A stretch of DNA of 64,000 nt from Pavona decussata (taxonomy: Eukaryota), in the NCBI GenBank assembly GCA_977016875.1, contig CDRNST010000294.1, positions 62,001 through 126,000 on the forward strand, in the 5' to 3' direction. Shown one piece after another: positions 12,729-26,200 of the stretch (position 1 is its first letter; every line of letters starts with the position of its first letter). Made by a program: the position numbers and the translations under genes. The notes beneath the pieces were generated by a model, which searched no databases, was not told the DNA's origin, and was given only the letters and a program-made list of their open reading frames with translations.

Positions 12729-13446
12729 ATGTATCAGTCAATTCCAAGCGCGATCATCCCCCCCCCCCCCGGGCAACCCCCGGGCATTTGACCCCTGTTC
12801 GGCTCCACATAGTGGGGCATTGACGCGAATTGAAACCCGACCCATCGGGCATTTGACCCGTCGAAAAAATGCTGGTCAGCGGTCGCGTTTAAAAATGATA
12901 TGTAATCCATGTAACATGTCGCAACTCCTCGTGGTTTTCGACAAAATTTATGTTGAGCGTATTAAAATATTCGGAAATATCCCATTATACAAGGTTTGGA
13001 ATTTTCAGACGGACGTGAGGAAAGCTGTTTTAGCGTCAACATTCGAAGAATTTGTATCAAAAGGTAAGCTGTGAAGCCTTTCTTTAGCTAATCTTTAGTA
13101 ATCTAAAGCGTAATCTTAAAATTATCGCGGCGTAAAATTATCGGGAGCAAGCAAACTACACTATTGAAATAAACTCTGTCAGTTGAGTTTCATATGTGAT
13201 GTTATGCATTATCTTTAATAGTAAATTGTTTTAAATTTATGAATGTATCAATTTCGTTGATTTTTATATAAATAGAGCTAGCGAATACAAAAAAAACCAA
13301 CACGATGACTTTTCAGCCCCAACCGTGGGGCATTTGACCTAGAAATCGGCCCATATAGCGGGGAATTTGATCAAGCAATTTTTAAAAAAAGGTCAAATGC
13401 CCGGGGGGGGGGGGGGGATGATCGCTTTTGGAATTGACCCAGACAT
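12729..13446. mobile_element. Non-autonomous DNA transposon (MITE) with TIRs containing poly-C and poly-G tracts
   Basis: Left end atgtatcagtcaattccaagcgcgatcatc(C)n-cgggc..gggcatttgacc. Right end ggtcaaatgcccg(G)n-atgatcgc..ttggaattgacccagacat. Subterminal gggcatttgacc repeats. Confidence 0.85.
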
Positions 13447-14222
13447 AAACAAAGAATAGTGTTTTTATGCTGAACAGACATGAGATGGACACAAGCAACG
13501 ACGACAAATAACGCACTGCATATGCTGAAGTAAATTAAATCATAAGTTTTATTTAAATTTATGCATGAATATATCTTTGCCCGATGTTTTTCCCAAACCT
13601 AATATTCTCACTGTATAAATAAAAACGAAACTAGCCTGCGCGCAACGCTGGCATGTAACGCCTCGATGTTTTAAAGTCAATGCCACCCGTGTCTCGTGGG
13701 ACTTCATCTGCCTATTTACGCAAACTATTCCTGCTCTTTGGTCTTTCTCGCCAAGTTATGCCGTTCTGGGATTTCAGTCGGACGCGGTCAGGCCGCCAAA
13801 GACGATTGTCGAACGCAGGCACATTGACATTTGGGAGTTACTATGCGGCCTCAAGTTTATAGCAGGCTGACCCCCCGCATTATTATTTGGTTTCGCGACG
13901 GTTTCCTGGGGTCTAGGCGTACACCAAAGTATAACAGACGAAATATGGACGTTTCGTCCCGTGAAGGAAGTCAGATTGATTCTAAAACATGCCTAACCAT
14001 GAAAATGAAATGTTACATAATTTTTCAGTTTTTCATATCAGAAGAGTTATGTTTCTAGATAAAATAAGATGGAAATTATTATATTTTGAGTTACTACACT
14101 TCATTACTTAACAAATTTTGTTCAGTTTCCTTGCAAAGAACATACATTTCTTTTTCAGTTGCTGCAGGTGCAATTCATACCATGCCAGCGTTTGGCTCAT
14201 TACTGACCACCCAGCTCGACTT

Positions 14223-17200
14223 CTATTGTTCTTTTATTTCTAAAAGGAAATTTTTCAGCCATTTCTCCACGTCTTTTTCGTTCCTCTTGATCCATGCAAT
14301 GTTGGATTTTACTACCTCAGTAGCCTGTGACAATGATTGACTGCTTAAGCCGGATCCATTGTCACGCTCGCTAACAAACTTCAGCAGCTGAAAAGAAGGA
14401 TGAAAACGTTAGACATAAATAGTCCCAAACATAAAGATGACAAAAACTAATTCCTTTAATGTCTTCAGTCTTGTTAATGAAATTAGCGCTGAGAAATACC
14501 ATTTGAGAGGATGAGGGTGAGAGCGCGGAATGTTGGTTACCATTGAAATTACACCCAAACCCTTCTGTTTATGGACTCTGTCCATGTGCACTTGATACCA
14601 CCATCCACTTCAGTTATACTTACTAAAAGCCTTGGAGATATATTGGAAACAAGTCGTAGTCATGGAGAAGAAGGGGAATGATTATGATTATGTCTAGGAA
14701 CAGCGATGTGTGCATGGTGAGGATCTATTTATTACAATTTTCACTAAACAAAAATGAGCTTAATCAGCGGCATACTCACAATACAATACTTTATTGATAC
14801 TCCCCATACGGGTTTTTCAGTGGCAATTAATTTACAATGCATAAATAAAAAATTTTAAAAATTATAATCAGTTTAAGTAATTAAAAAACTAGCTAAAAAT
14901 TGTTGAGGGGGTAGCTCATCGTAAAAAGTATTTCAGGAGGTTGTTTCTTAAATTACACTTAAAACTATTCAAACACTGGCTAAGCTTAATTTCAGATGGT
15001 TGCTTGTGTCCACTGGTAACAAGAACGCATACAACGATTGTACAATACCAGTCTACAGTAATGATCTCTGATGAAAAAGGTGAAATGGGTTAGGCTATAC
15101 CTGCTGAAGCTGAAATTCATTTGTAAAACCTCTAGTAACAGCTTCTATCATGCCACTTAAAATGTAGAGTCCCTCGCCATACCTGGAAACATACAAAATA
15201 TCACACATATAAACACAAACGGATTTTTTTAGTTTGGATTATTGCTTACGTTTAAACTTTGATAGGTGGCAGTGATGTCTCGTTTTGAACTTCAATCTAC
15301 CAAAGTAACAAAGCTTGGATTAGCCCACCGTGTTTCTAATGTTCTCCAGTGTTTTAAAATGAAGTCCCAAGCAATCTGCCGTCCAATAGGGCTATTTTCT
15401 GCGACTTTAGAGATCACAAGGGGAGCGTCAGATGATTTAATCTTTTTCACGTCCAGAGAGAACTGAAGAAACCTGAAATAAAAAGTACAGCTTTACTTCA
15501 CGTCGTCATTTACGAATATCATTTGAAAAATACATGTAAGACCACTCATCCCCGGCTGATTTGAGCAACTATACCACTTTCTCGAGGTTGTGGAGACGGA
15601 CANNNNNNNNNNNNNNNNNNNNNNNNNNNNNNNNNNNNNNNNNNNNNNNNNNNNNNNNNNNNNNNNNNNNNNNNNNNNNNNNNNNNNNNNNNNNNNNNNN
15701 NNNNNNNNNNNNNNNNNNNNNNNNNNNNNNNNNNNNNNNNNNNCAGACAGACGAAACTAGACGAAACACTGAGCTCTAACCACAATAAGAATTCTACCAT
15801 GATGTAAGCTGTACCTGCTAAGAATCCAGGGTTCGGTCGAAGCTGCAAGCCCGTGCATTAGCTTGACCCTCTCTGAGGCTACAGATGTGTGCACCAACTG
15901 ATCGAAAGCAAATTCCCACTCTTCACTTCCTCCATTAGCGATACCATAATAATACACCAGTGTACGGAAATTTGCTGGAACCCTGAAGGATTATGTCGAA
16001 TAAATATAACGGGATAAGTCATCACATTGAAGCGAGTTCACTGTCCATCGTTTTATGTCGCTGACCAGTTCGTTTAATAAAAACGTGATGGTGGACAGTG
16101 AATTCGCTTCAATGTGATGGACTTACTTCGTTACATGACATGAAACTCTTCCAGCGTTTTTATTACAGTCAATTGGTAAGAAATGTTTAATCTTGCTCGC
16201 GCAGAAATTAAATTTCAAAGCGATAGTCGATGGAAATATGGCCGTGTTAGTCGAATTTAACAACCTAGTTCACCTTTCATGATCACTTGTGGAACAGAAA
16301 GTGGATTGCGGCCAAATGTTCTAACAGATTTTCGTAAAAGATGGATGGAACGTTCCACTGATAAGTAGAAGAGCCTGTGAGTGGGATCCACTTTTGCAAT
16401 TTATTCCTTTGAACTTGGGCTAAATCGCATGTTGCAATAAGTGCTCAAAGTAGATAAACTTTGTGCCCTCAGATTTATTATAGTAATTAAAGCTTATGAT
16501 TGCAATTCATCACATTTTAAACGTGAAGGTTCATCATTTATAACTAGCGACGTTTTGAATGATCCATATTCTCCAGAACTAACAGCTGCAAGTCTTACGA
16601 AATTCATGATCTCATCAGTGGGTTTTGAGCACAGCCCGGTGATGTGAAAAGTTCGCATCACAATTTTTTTTTTAAAAAATTAATTTCTCCGTTCGTATTT
16701 CATATTTTGTAACCTACGTGCCAAGAGAAATTGATGGAAGAGTCATCAGCGAAAAATGTTTTATAGATAATAATTGAATGTGAGGTTTTTAGGGAGAGTC
16801 GTTCTTAAAACTTATCCGCGTACGCTGGGTTTCACATTAAAATCAATAAACAAAATACTTACTGATTCTGTACAGGATCCTCCATCCAATCATGGAAGTA
16901 TTTGGAGGCATTTGACAAGCAGGATTTCTCTGTGGCAGCACAAACAGTTTCCAGGATGGTTGGTCGAAGGAAACTGACAACGTGCAAGTATAGGAAGTAA
17001 ATTTTTGATAATAATATTTATCTTTTTCACTATCTTGAGTCACTCGGTATAAAATCTGGCATGTTAAAATAACGTTTCTGGCAATGCAAGGGATCATGAT
17101 TATATTGCTGGTTATTAATTATGTTGTGACCAATTTTAAACATTTATTGGTAGAATATAACTTGCTTGACACAGCTTGTAGTAATTTTGTGGAGTAGTTA

Positions 17201-20200
17201 CAGACTACAGACTAAAAGAATAGCTGACCGAGGCTCGCATTCCCTTGTTCCCCTCAGATCCTTAGCGCAAGACCCTGTGCCCAGGATTCTAAATCTGAAC
17301 AATGAAAGAAAGGTTAACAAAAAGAGAAATACCTCCCACATCATTGAGAGGCAAATGAGAAGTTAAGTGTCCTTACGTTTCAAGGTGAGAGCCTCCATCC
17401 ATGAATCCAAGTCTTTTATAAATGGGTTGCGCTTGATAAAGCAGGTACTTCTGTTTGAGTGATTGGAATAAGTTTTTTAAATTATTTACAGTACTGAGAA
17501 AGAGACAGCTTGGTATGCTCACGTGATGCAATTTCCAACATTCAACCCCCTTTCGAAAACGAAAAATGCGTTGTGAAAACCAACCTGCAAATGCTTGTAA
17601 GCCGGCCTCGTTGCCGTTAACAGGCTCTTGATGAAATTTAAGCTCTTTATAGCAGCCGCCCAGGGAACATACTCTTCTTCAGCTTGTAAATATGACGTCA
17701 TCTCTAGAGCCTTCGTGTAATTTAGTTTACCGCTCCTTTGAAAAGATACATAAATATAGTCTGAGAACAAGCAGACTTGTAAACAATTTGATGAAAATGT
17801 CGTCGTTATATTCAACTGCCGAAACATGTCTTTAAAGTTAAAAAATTTTTAACTTTTCATCAAAATCTGTAAATATACAATGTTGAGATTAATATTGTTG
17901 TTCTTTGCAGCATATAAAAAGACGATGACTGTTAGGAAACAACAAGCAATCTTAGATGCACATACTTTTGTCTGTACAATAAAAAAACCCAGTTGAAGCA
18001 ATGAAGCGAACTGTATAATTTCGTAACTATGAGATTGAGTATTAGTTTGAATAACTGTCTCCTCGGTGCTTATTCTGTGCCTGCGGTGTGTGATGCCTGA
18101 CCTGTTTGACTGTTAGTTTGAATAACTGTCTCCTCAGTGCTTATTCTGTGCCTGCGCATGCCGTGAGTGATGCCTGACCTGTTTGACTGTTAATATTCAG
18201 TCGTGAAAAACTTTTCAGAGCTATTAAAAGCCAATAGTTAATCCGCCATTACCTTGCTATTTCAAACGCGTCATCAATGACACCACCACGATCTGAAATA
18301 TTCATCACCTGTAAATACCAAGCGATCTCACTCTAGTAACGTCATCTAAAGATGATTGAAGTGTAGCATCACCACTTAAATTTATTAAAGCAAAAACCAC
18401 GCTATGTATCACGTTCTTTGAAATTCTCCAGAACAGCGTTACTTCAATTACACTTCAGTAGAAATAACAAGTAACGGGAAGTAACTAAGTAAGAAGGTAA
18501 TTAAACTGATAACATCATGGCGCTCATAACGGTGGTTGTAAGTAAGAAGTTTCATTTCTACGTTCAGCCGGGACATGAAACAATTTTTCATTCAAGAAGG
18601 GTATCGGTGAGTGTAGTTTGGGTGAATACCTGGGACGAGTAGCATATAACTTAACGGCGGGCGTAAATGCGTTAACAGTTACGCCCAACGTTTAAATAGT
18701 CAGTATTGCTATCGGTTTTTCACGCACTGGTGCTGAATCATGCAAACCGGCATTGCAATGCAAGGTTGGTTTAGGCTATTGTCGGTGTTACGACAGCAAC
18801 AGAAAATTTCACCTTATGGTCGTCAAACCGACATTGCAATGAACGTTTGTCTAGGCTACTGTCGGTGTTATCAGAGCCGGACAGAGAGTTTTACCTTATG
18901 ATTACTCTTAAGAGCATTGGCCAATGCATCCCAGTTTTTGTCGTCATAGTTGACTCTGTAAAATCCTTTTTGCTCAGCATTTCCTTTAATCCAACCACTT
19001 CCATCCCACGATATCTTCTCTGTGGTCAGTAAGTGAAGTAATGCCTTTATTTACTATGCTACTATTTACCGTTAAACATCAATGAATTTGTGCATTTTTC
19101 TACAGCTGGCAATGCTAGATAGGGACGCAGGGGAGGGGGCTGAGTTTCTGACCTTGACAACATTTACTACTTGGTATGGCCGATGTTCCTTTTTGATAAC
19201 ACAAAACGAACCACTTAAACTCACGGCTAAGCGTTTATGCTGCATGGATACGTAAGTTATGTGACTACAGAAGTGGATAATGTATGCTTATTTATCTTTT
19301 TTTTTTTTTAATCTGTTCATGTTGTCCTTCAGCAGCGTGGTTAAAAATATATAAAACTGTTCAATTGAGGCCTTAAACTGCTGTTTAAAAGTAAAAACTA
19401 AAACCCAAGCTTTCGCCGATCAACGGCATCATCATTTTTTTTTACTTATTTATTTATTTATTTATTTATTTGTTAGTTTTAGCCAAAGAATCGTTGAATA
19501 ACAATCTTATCAAATTTTCAGCTGTTACACTCCAAAGAAACTGGATATATATTTTTATTTTCATTCGCACTAATACAAAAATGAGTGAAAATTAATACTG
19601 GCGGCTGTTAAAGTGTTCTTTTCTTTGAAGCATGCATCATTTAAGAACGGCGGATCGAATTACCTGAGGTCATGTTGATTTCTTTAGAAATAATCTTGCT
19701 TGGTGATGAAGACATGATGTACGTAAACGGTACAAACCATTTGTAACTGAAAAAAATATGGCATTTCTATCGATAACCTTTGCTGTTCTAATTCTTTAAA
19801 CCAATTTAAATTCCCAACTGTCTCAAGAGATCATCTGGATCGTGTCTAAAAGTAACGCGACTCACCACGAGTGCGAATTCATCAATATTAGTTTATCAAA
19901 GCTGTGTCATTCTATCAAGTAATCACTATTTAACAGCCAATGTACTGATTCTGGAGACGTTTATACAAAAAATACTTAGAGTTTTCCAAGACAGTACAGT
20001 GCAGTACAGTCAATAGTTTACAGTATAGTACAGTGCAGTGCAGTGCAGTGCAGTGCAGTACTGAGTGCAGTACAGTGCAGTAGAACAATGAGAATCAGTT
20101 CGATAAAGTAACTTTGGGTGAACTCACCCAAATGGGGATTTATGCTTCGACGTCGCGTTGGTGTCAGTGTGGTATAGGAACCTCTCTTGGGAGACTAGGT

Positions 20201-23200
20201 ACTGGTAACCACTGGAATGTCTAACGTCAATTACTGGGTAACCCATTTGAAGGGTCCACGTGTCCATCATGTGCTTGACATCTACACATCTGCCCTTGAT
20301 ACAACTTTCCTATTAAAAAAATTACTGGATCAGGTAATTAATACATACATACAATTATTTTTCATCATAGAATAAAATGTACAGGAAAGAACATTCTGTC
20401 TTAAATAGTTTGTTAATAGTGGGCCCTTATCCAAATTGATACAAATTTTACTATCAAAAATGCAGTCGCTTGTGCGATTGTGGCAGCAACGGTGACTCTA
20501 ACTGATGACAGGTGTGCTGTGACGGAATACTGTACAGAGGAAAGAAGCGAAATGTGGTGAAAAAAATCAAATGCATGATGGACATTTTCTATACGTCGGC
20601 ATTCGAAACAAACAACAAGCTCAAGCTAGTTAGTTAATCGTACTCACCTCCATCAAGGCCTCCCACAAATGTTCCGTTTTTGCATTGGAATACTCAAACC
20701 TCTTGAGATAGCGCTGAAAAGTATCAAATACCAGAGTAAAGATGTAAGAACATGTCTCCTTATAACTGAAGAAAAATTACAAAGCTCTCCACTTTTGATT
20801 TCGTGTTGATTTTAGAATTAAGTTAGGTGATCAAGGGGTAGGATTTTAGGGAATAGCTTACTGATAATCCTTTCCTGAAAACTTCTTTACCAAGATAAGC
20901 TTCCAACATGCGAAGAATGCATGAGCTCTGAAATAGATAAATATAGAAGCTGTAATCTCCGAAAAGGTACTCAATGCAAACAAGTAGGTAGGCGGACTAC
21001 TTACTTGAAGTATCCGTAATCATTTCACGTCCCTAAGTTCTACGATCCCACAAGCATTTTGTAATTTACTAACTTTAATGACTCATTTCGCGATAACTGC
21101 CTGTCAAAACATGAATATGAATACCTTTTCATATGTAATGTAGTCGAATATCTGGCTGATATCTTCTGGTCTTTCAATGGGTATTCTGATAGGGTGAGAA
21201 TTTGCCAGGGCATCTGCTGCAAATGCTGCGGACATATCAAGGACAACAATCTGCTCCTCCTATGTAAACAGGTAGCAATTCTTTAGCATCTATAAAAACT
21301 GGGATTCCATTAAAATAATTATATTTTGTAACTACGTACCATTTTCCATTCTGGATGAATGTAGTCCATGGCTGAAAACTCCATAAAACTCGCAAATCCT
21401 TCGTTTAGCCAAAAATCATCCCACCATTCCATAGTGACAAGGTTTCCAAACCACTACAAATGGATAAGCCATAGATTTTCTTATGTTCTTATACTAATGT
21501 CCCTATACTCTTAAAAGATCAAGGATGGCTCAGGGGTGAGAGCACTGTAGCCTCTCAGTTCGACTCCTTGACGCGGCGTCACACAATCATATTTATTTCC
21601 TTCCCATACGATGCTCTTATAATAAATCCAATGCTATCTTGAAAAGAAAGATTATAAGCGCTAAACTCGGATAGTTGTTTAGTTGTCCCGACAACAGGTA
21701 TTGAATGTTTTATGTGCGTGTTTGTTCAGTTTCCTCTAACTTATAAATTACCTGGTGAGCCAGCTCGTGTGACACAACCTCAGCAACTCTTTGTTTATTA
21801 GCTGATGAAGACACATTGGGTTTATATAGGAGATTCCAGTCCCTATAGGTTATAAGTCCCCAGTTTTCCATAGCACCAAATATAAAGTTAGGAAGGGATA
21901 TCATATCTGTGAAAAATAGGAAAAAGAGTATTTATTGGTCTCATACCAAGAAAACAGGCATTTATCAGTTTATATTACTTGTCAGAAATCTCAGTTGTCT
22001 TTAGCATGCGCAAAAACGAGCGAAAGGCAAGATCCATGTCTAGCTTTATTAGTTTTCTATAAACAAAAATACACTGCCACTCATACTCACCTGCTTTTGG
22101 TAACGCGTATTTTATCTGGAAGTACTCCTCGTAGAAAGTAAAAAGATCATCAGTGATTTTAGAGGCGTATTCTACTTGATCAATTTGCTCCTGAGGTGCG
22201 TATAATCTGACCTGAGAAAAACCGAAAAAACTATGTGACACAACTCTGGTACTTATCAGCAAAACGATCAACAACAAAAATCCAAATAAAACTGAACAGT
22301 GGCATAACTATATATTCAGCGTGTGTTGGGTTTGCTTCTTTTTCAGTACAACAAACGCAAATAGGGAAACCAGCCCTAACCCTTATGACTCAGTTTCTGC
22401 AAGGCTGATCGGACTGCGTAGAAAACTTAACACGACAGCGACATGATTGAGACTAAACCGAGAATCAACAAAATGCAGCAACCGTAGACGGCTGTTTCGA
22501 GCTGGTTGGCTCTCGTCAGCACGATGTAGCACAGCAAAAAATAGAACAACCAACGCGAGTCGAAGTGGTCTACCAAATGCACGTGGCGGTAGTGATTTCG
22601 GATGGGCCCAAATTCAGACATCCGTCACGTCATAGCGTGTGACTATGAACAATGAACAAAAGAACTGAAAATATCATGTCGCTGTCGCAATAAGTTAAAT
22701 AAGAAAAGCAAAACACCATTTGATTAGATCTTTTACAGATCCTGTGTAAACTTGCAGCATTTCGTTTGCGATCCCTTGCTTATTGTTTATCTAACTTTAA
22801 GGTCGAGTAGTGGGGTCTTTCGTCAGGGGCACCCAACGAAAGTTTTCTCTCAGATGCTTTGAAACGCTATTTGAGGCTTTCTGGATTGCCTATAAAGCTC
22901 TGTTGGTTTATTTTAGGCAGCGCTATGATATTTTTATCTGTTCGGTCATTCTAGGGCAACCGGAGTCTTTTCGAAATTACTAGGGCATTTTTGTCGATTT
23001 CCCGAAAACCTTAGGTCTTATTTCCTTTCCGAAAATCTTAGCTGACCTTTTTTCGGTACCCGAAACGACATCAGTTATGAATCCGAAAACATCATATCAC
23101 GAAAGTTTGAGGTGAAAATTCCCTTCAGAAAATTATAGGGGATGAAGGGCCTTCCGAACAGATAATTTACCGAGACGATCTGTTGGGTGCCCCTGTTTCG

Positions 23201-26200
23201 TTCACGTTTGAGGAAAAAGAAAGTAGAGGCGCGTTTATCGAGTGTTTATCAATTAACAAAATGCCAAATTCCAAACTTGTTCTATTCGATACCTGGTATG
23301 CATCTCAGTGTAAAACTGTTGCTTTACTACAAGTAAATCAGCTCAGTCAGCCTACCTTGATGTAATTTTTATGAGTAAATTCAACGTATTTGAAATCACA
23401 AACAGCAAAAGCTACTAGATAAGTCGACATGACCACAGTCTTCTCAAATGTGTCGTATGTCCAGCCATCTTTCTCTTGGGTTTTGTAAATCGGCATGTTG
23501 GAAAGAGCAATCAAACGGGGACGGTGAGCCACTGTCACGCTGAACGTCGCTTTCATCGCGGGCTCATCAAAGCAAGGAAAAGCCTTGCGCGCATCTGATG
23601 GAGAGAACTGAGTTGCTGCCACAGGGCTGAAATTCGAAGCAAAGAAACATATCAGTCATTTTTCTTATGTCTTGGTAACTTACGGGAGCAGACCATATTA
23701 ATGCTTACCATACAAGGCTTTAGCTCAGTGATTTAGAAGAGAAATTTGCAGATGCGCAGTTGGGTGACTCTATAATAGACCCTAATCGCAGATAATGAGA
23801 AACTACATTTTAATGCTTCCCAGAACTGTGGGGAAAGTGTTCTTATAAGGAGGACCACAACTGAAATTCTTACACAACTGTGCCATCGGTACGTCTATAT
23901 TCCATTCTGTAGAATCCTCCCAGCTCTGATCTCAGGTCCGATTCAAACGTCATTTTAATGACATACTCTCCTGCTTGCAGCCATGTCTCCAGGTGAATGA
24001 CGTAGAATTGGTTCTTTTCAAACCAGAAGTGCTTCTTTATGTCAACTTCACCTGAGAAGTAGTAGATCTAAATTTGCAATGCATTCGTTAAATGTTTTGT
24101 CACTGGACGCTATGTTAGAGACACTAACGATATTTTAAAAATAGGTTGGCTCCCAATAAAGGGAAAAAGAGACTTTTATTTACTTAAACTTGTATTAAAG
24201 GCCTTACATTTTGAATCATTGGCTATCTTGTCTTAAGATAAAAGAGGTTTTTCAGACGCGTCTGTTATGTTCTAGCCTTGCTAAACGATTAGTTACACCA
24301 CTAGAGAATGGCACCTTTCAAGATAGTGCCCCTCAACTATTCAATAGCCTTTCTGTTCATATCAGAAAAAGTGATAATTTAAATTATTTTTGAAGAAAAA
24401 CGAACTTGTACCTCAGAAATCGAGGAATTAGATATGCGTGATATTTTTAGTTACAGTTTTTTCCTTTTTTTTTTTTAACTTCGATACCCAAGTTTATTTA
24501 TTATTTTGAAACACATTTGCTTTCGTTTAACATTTGGATTTATTCTGCTTTAATTTCAGCGCTTTCATTACACCCTTTAATTTATTAGTATTCCAATATA
24601 AGTTCCCCATTTTTCATTTAGCTCTTTTATATGTACACAGACTTCATATATATGTACACATTTACTCTCTTATTGACACCATTGTTAACTTATTCATTGT
24701 AATAATTCTCACTTGGCTTAGTAATGTCAGATGAAGAGCCACTTTTGTGGAAANNNNNNNNNNNNNNNNNNNNNNNNNNNNNNNNNNNNNNNNNNNNNNN
24801 NNNNNNNNNNNNNNNNNNNNNNNNNNNNNNNNNNNNNNNNNNNNNNNNNNNNNNNNNNNNNNNNNNNNNNNNNNNNNNNNNNNNNNNNNNNNNNNNNNNN
24901 NCCCTAGACTGCTATAGATACTTTATTATGGGTTGATTAATAGGGGTTTCTGAATTTTTTTCTCATTTTAGTTTATAATTGGTCACATGAATGACTTTTA
25001 TTCTTTTTTTAAATTTAATATTATTGTTTTTTTAAAAAATATATTTTGGTTGAAAATAGCTCTGTTGTGCTTCGAGATACTCCTCTTTTTAATCACAATT
25101 AAATTGTAAATAGGCTTTTTAGTATTCTTTTTTCTACTTTTAACTTGTGAATATCGATTTTCCTTGAAATATTTTAATAAAGAGATCANNNNNNNNNNNN
25201 NNNNNNNNNNNNNNNNNNNNNNNNNNNNNNNNNNNNNNNNNNNNNNNNNNNNNNNNNNNNNNNNNNNNNNNNNNNNNNNNNNNNNNNNNNNNNNNNNNNN
25301 NNNNNNNNNNNNNNNNNNNNNNNNNNNNNNNNNNNNNNNNNNNNNNNNNNNNNNNNNNGCAGGAAGATTACCACTTATACAACGTTTAAAACTCCTTAAG
25401 CTGTTGAGGCTTGTATGATCATTGTTACTACATTTTGGGTGGGAGGGAGGGGGGTACGTTTCGCGTAAAATAAACTGTGGTTCATGGACTTTTTTTCTGT
25501 TCTTCAAAAGATGTGAATGTTAGTAAATCAATTAATACATATTTTGCGAAGCAAGCAAACCACTACTCGTGTTACTTTTGAAAATAGACATTGATTGACT
25601 GATTGACTGAAATACACAAGAAGACTGTACTTAATGTACTTTCTGCAATTTAGATGCGGTTTTTTTTTTCACCAAAAAGTCTACAGCTATGACAATGAAG
25701 CGTTGAGTCCTTTGAATGTAATCTTTAATGAGGATGCCAACCAACAGTGCCTGAAGAAACTGCACGCTCTAGATATCCTTGACTTTACTCACCTCCCAAG
25801 AACTGGTGAAGAGAGACTGACGTCACCACCAGCTTGTTGGTATGCACCAATACATACTCTGTAGGTTTTGCTACGTCAATCAAGATACTCACGTGACCTT
25901 TGAATGTAAAGTTTTGTAGATCAGCTAATATGGTGAGGTCATAGTGTCTGGGAGTGATGTAGCTTGGCAGACGTACATTCCACCATACTTCTGTTCCATG
26001 AGTTGTTAGACCAGTAAATGGCGTTGGAGCTTGACTCTCAGGGTTCGAAGTTGCTAGAAAATTAGATAAAATATGAATAACACCGAAAATTAATTTGAAA
26101 TGTTATTTTACGTTATTTGAATGAGACTTGTAAATCCCGCTGATTGGTATGGCAAACCGTTACTGCCAAAAGCATATTAAATTGAAAATCCTGATCCAAA

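Noticed and set aside
24727-24753. CAGATGAAGAGCCAC..GTGGAAA hammerhead-like tail
   Set aside because: The core is altered and the sequence is cut by an N gap, so it cannot be evaluated.
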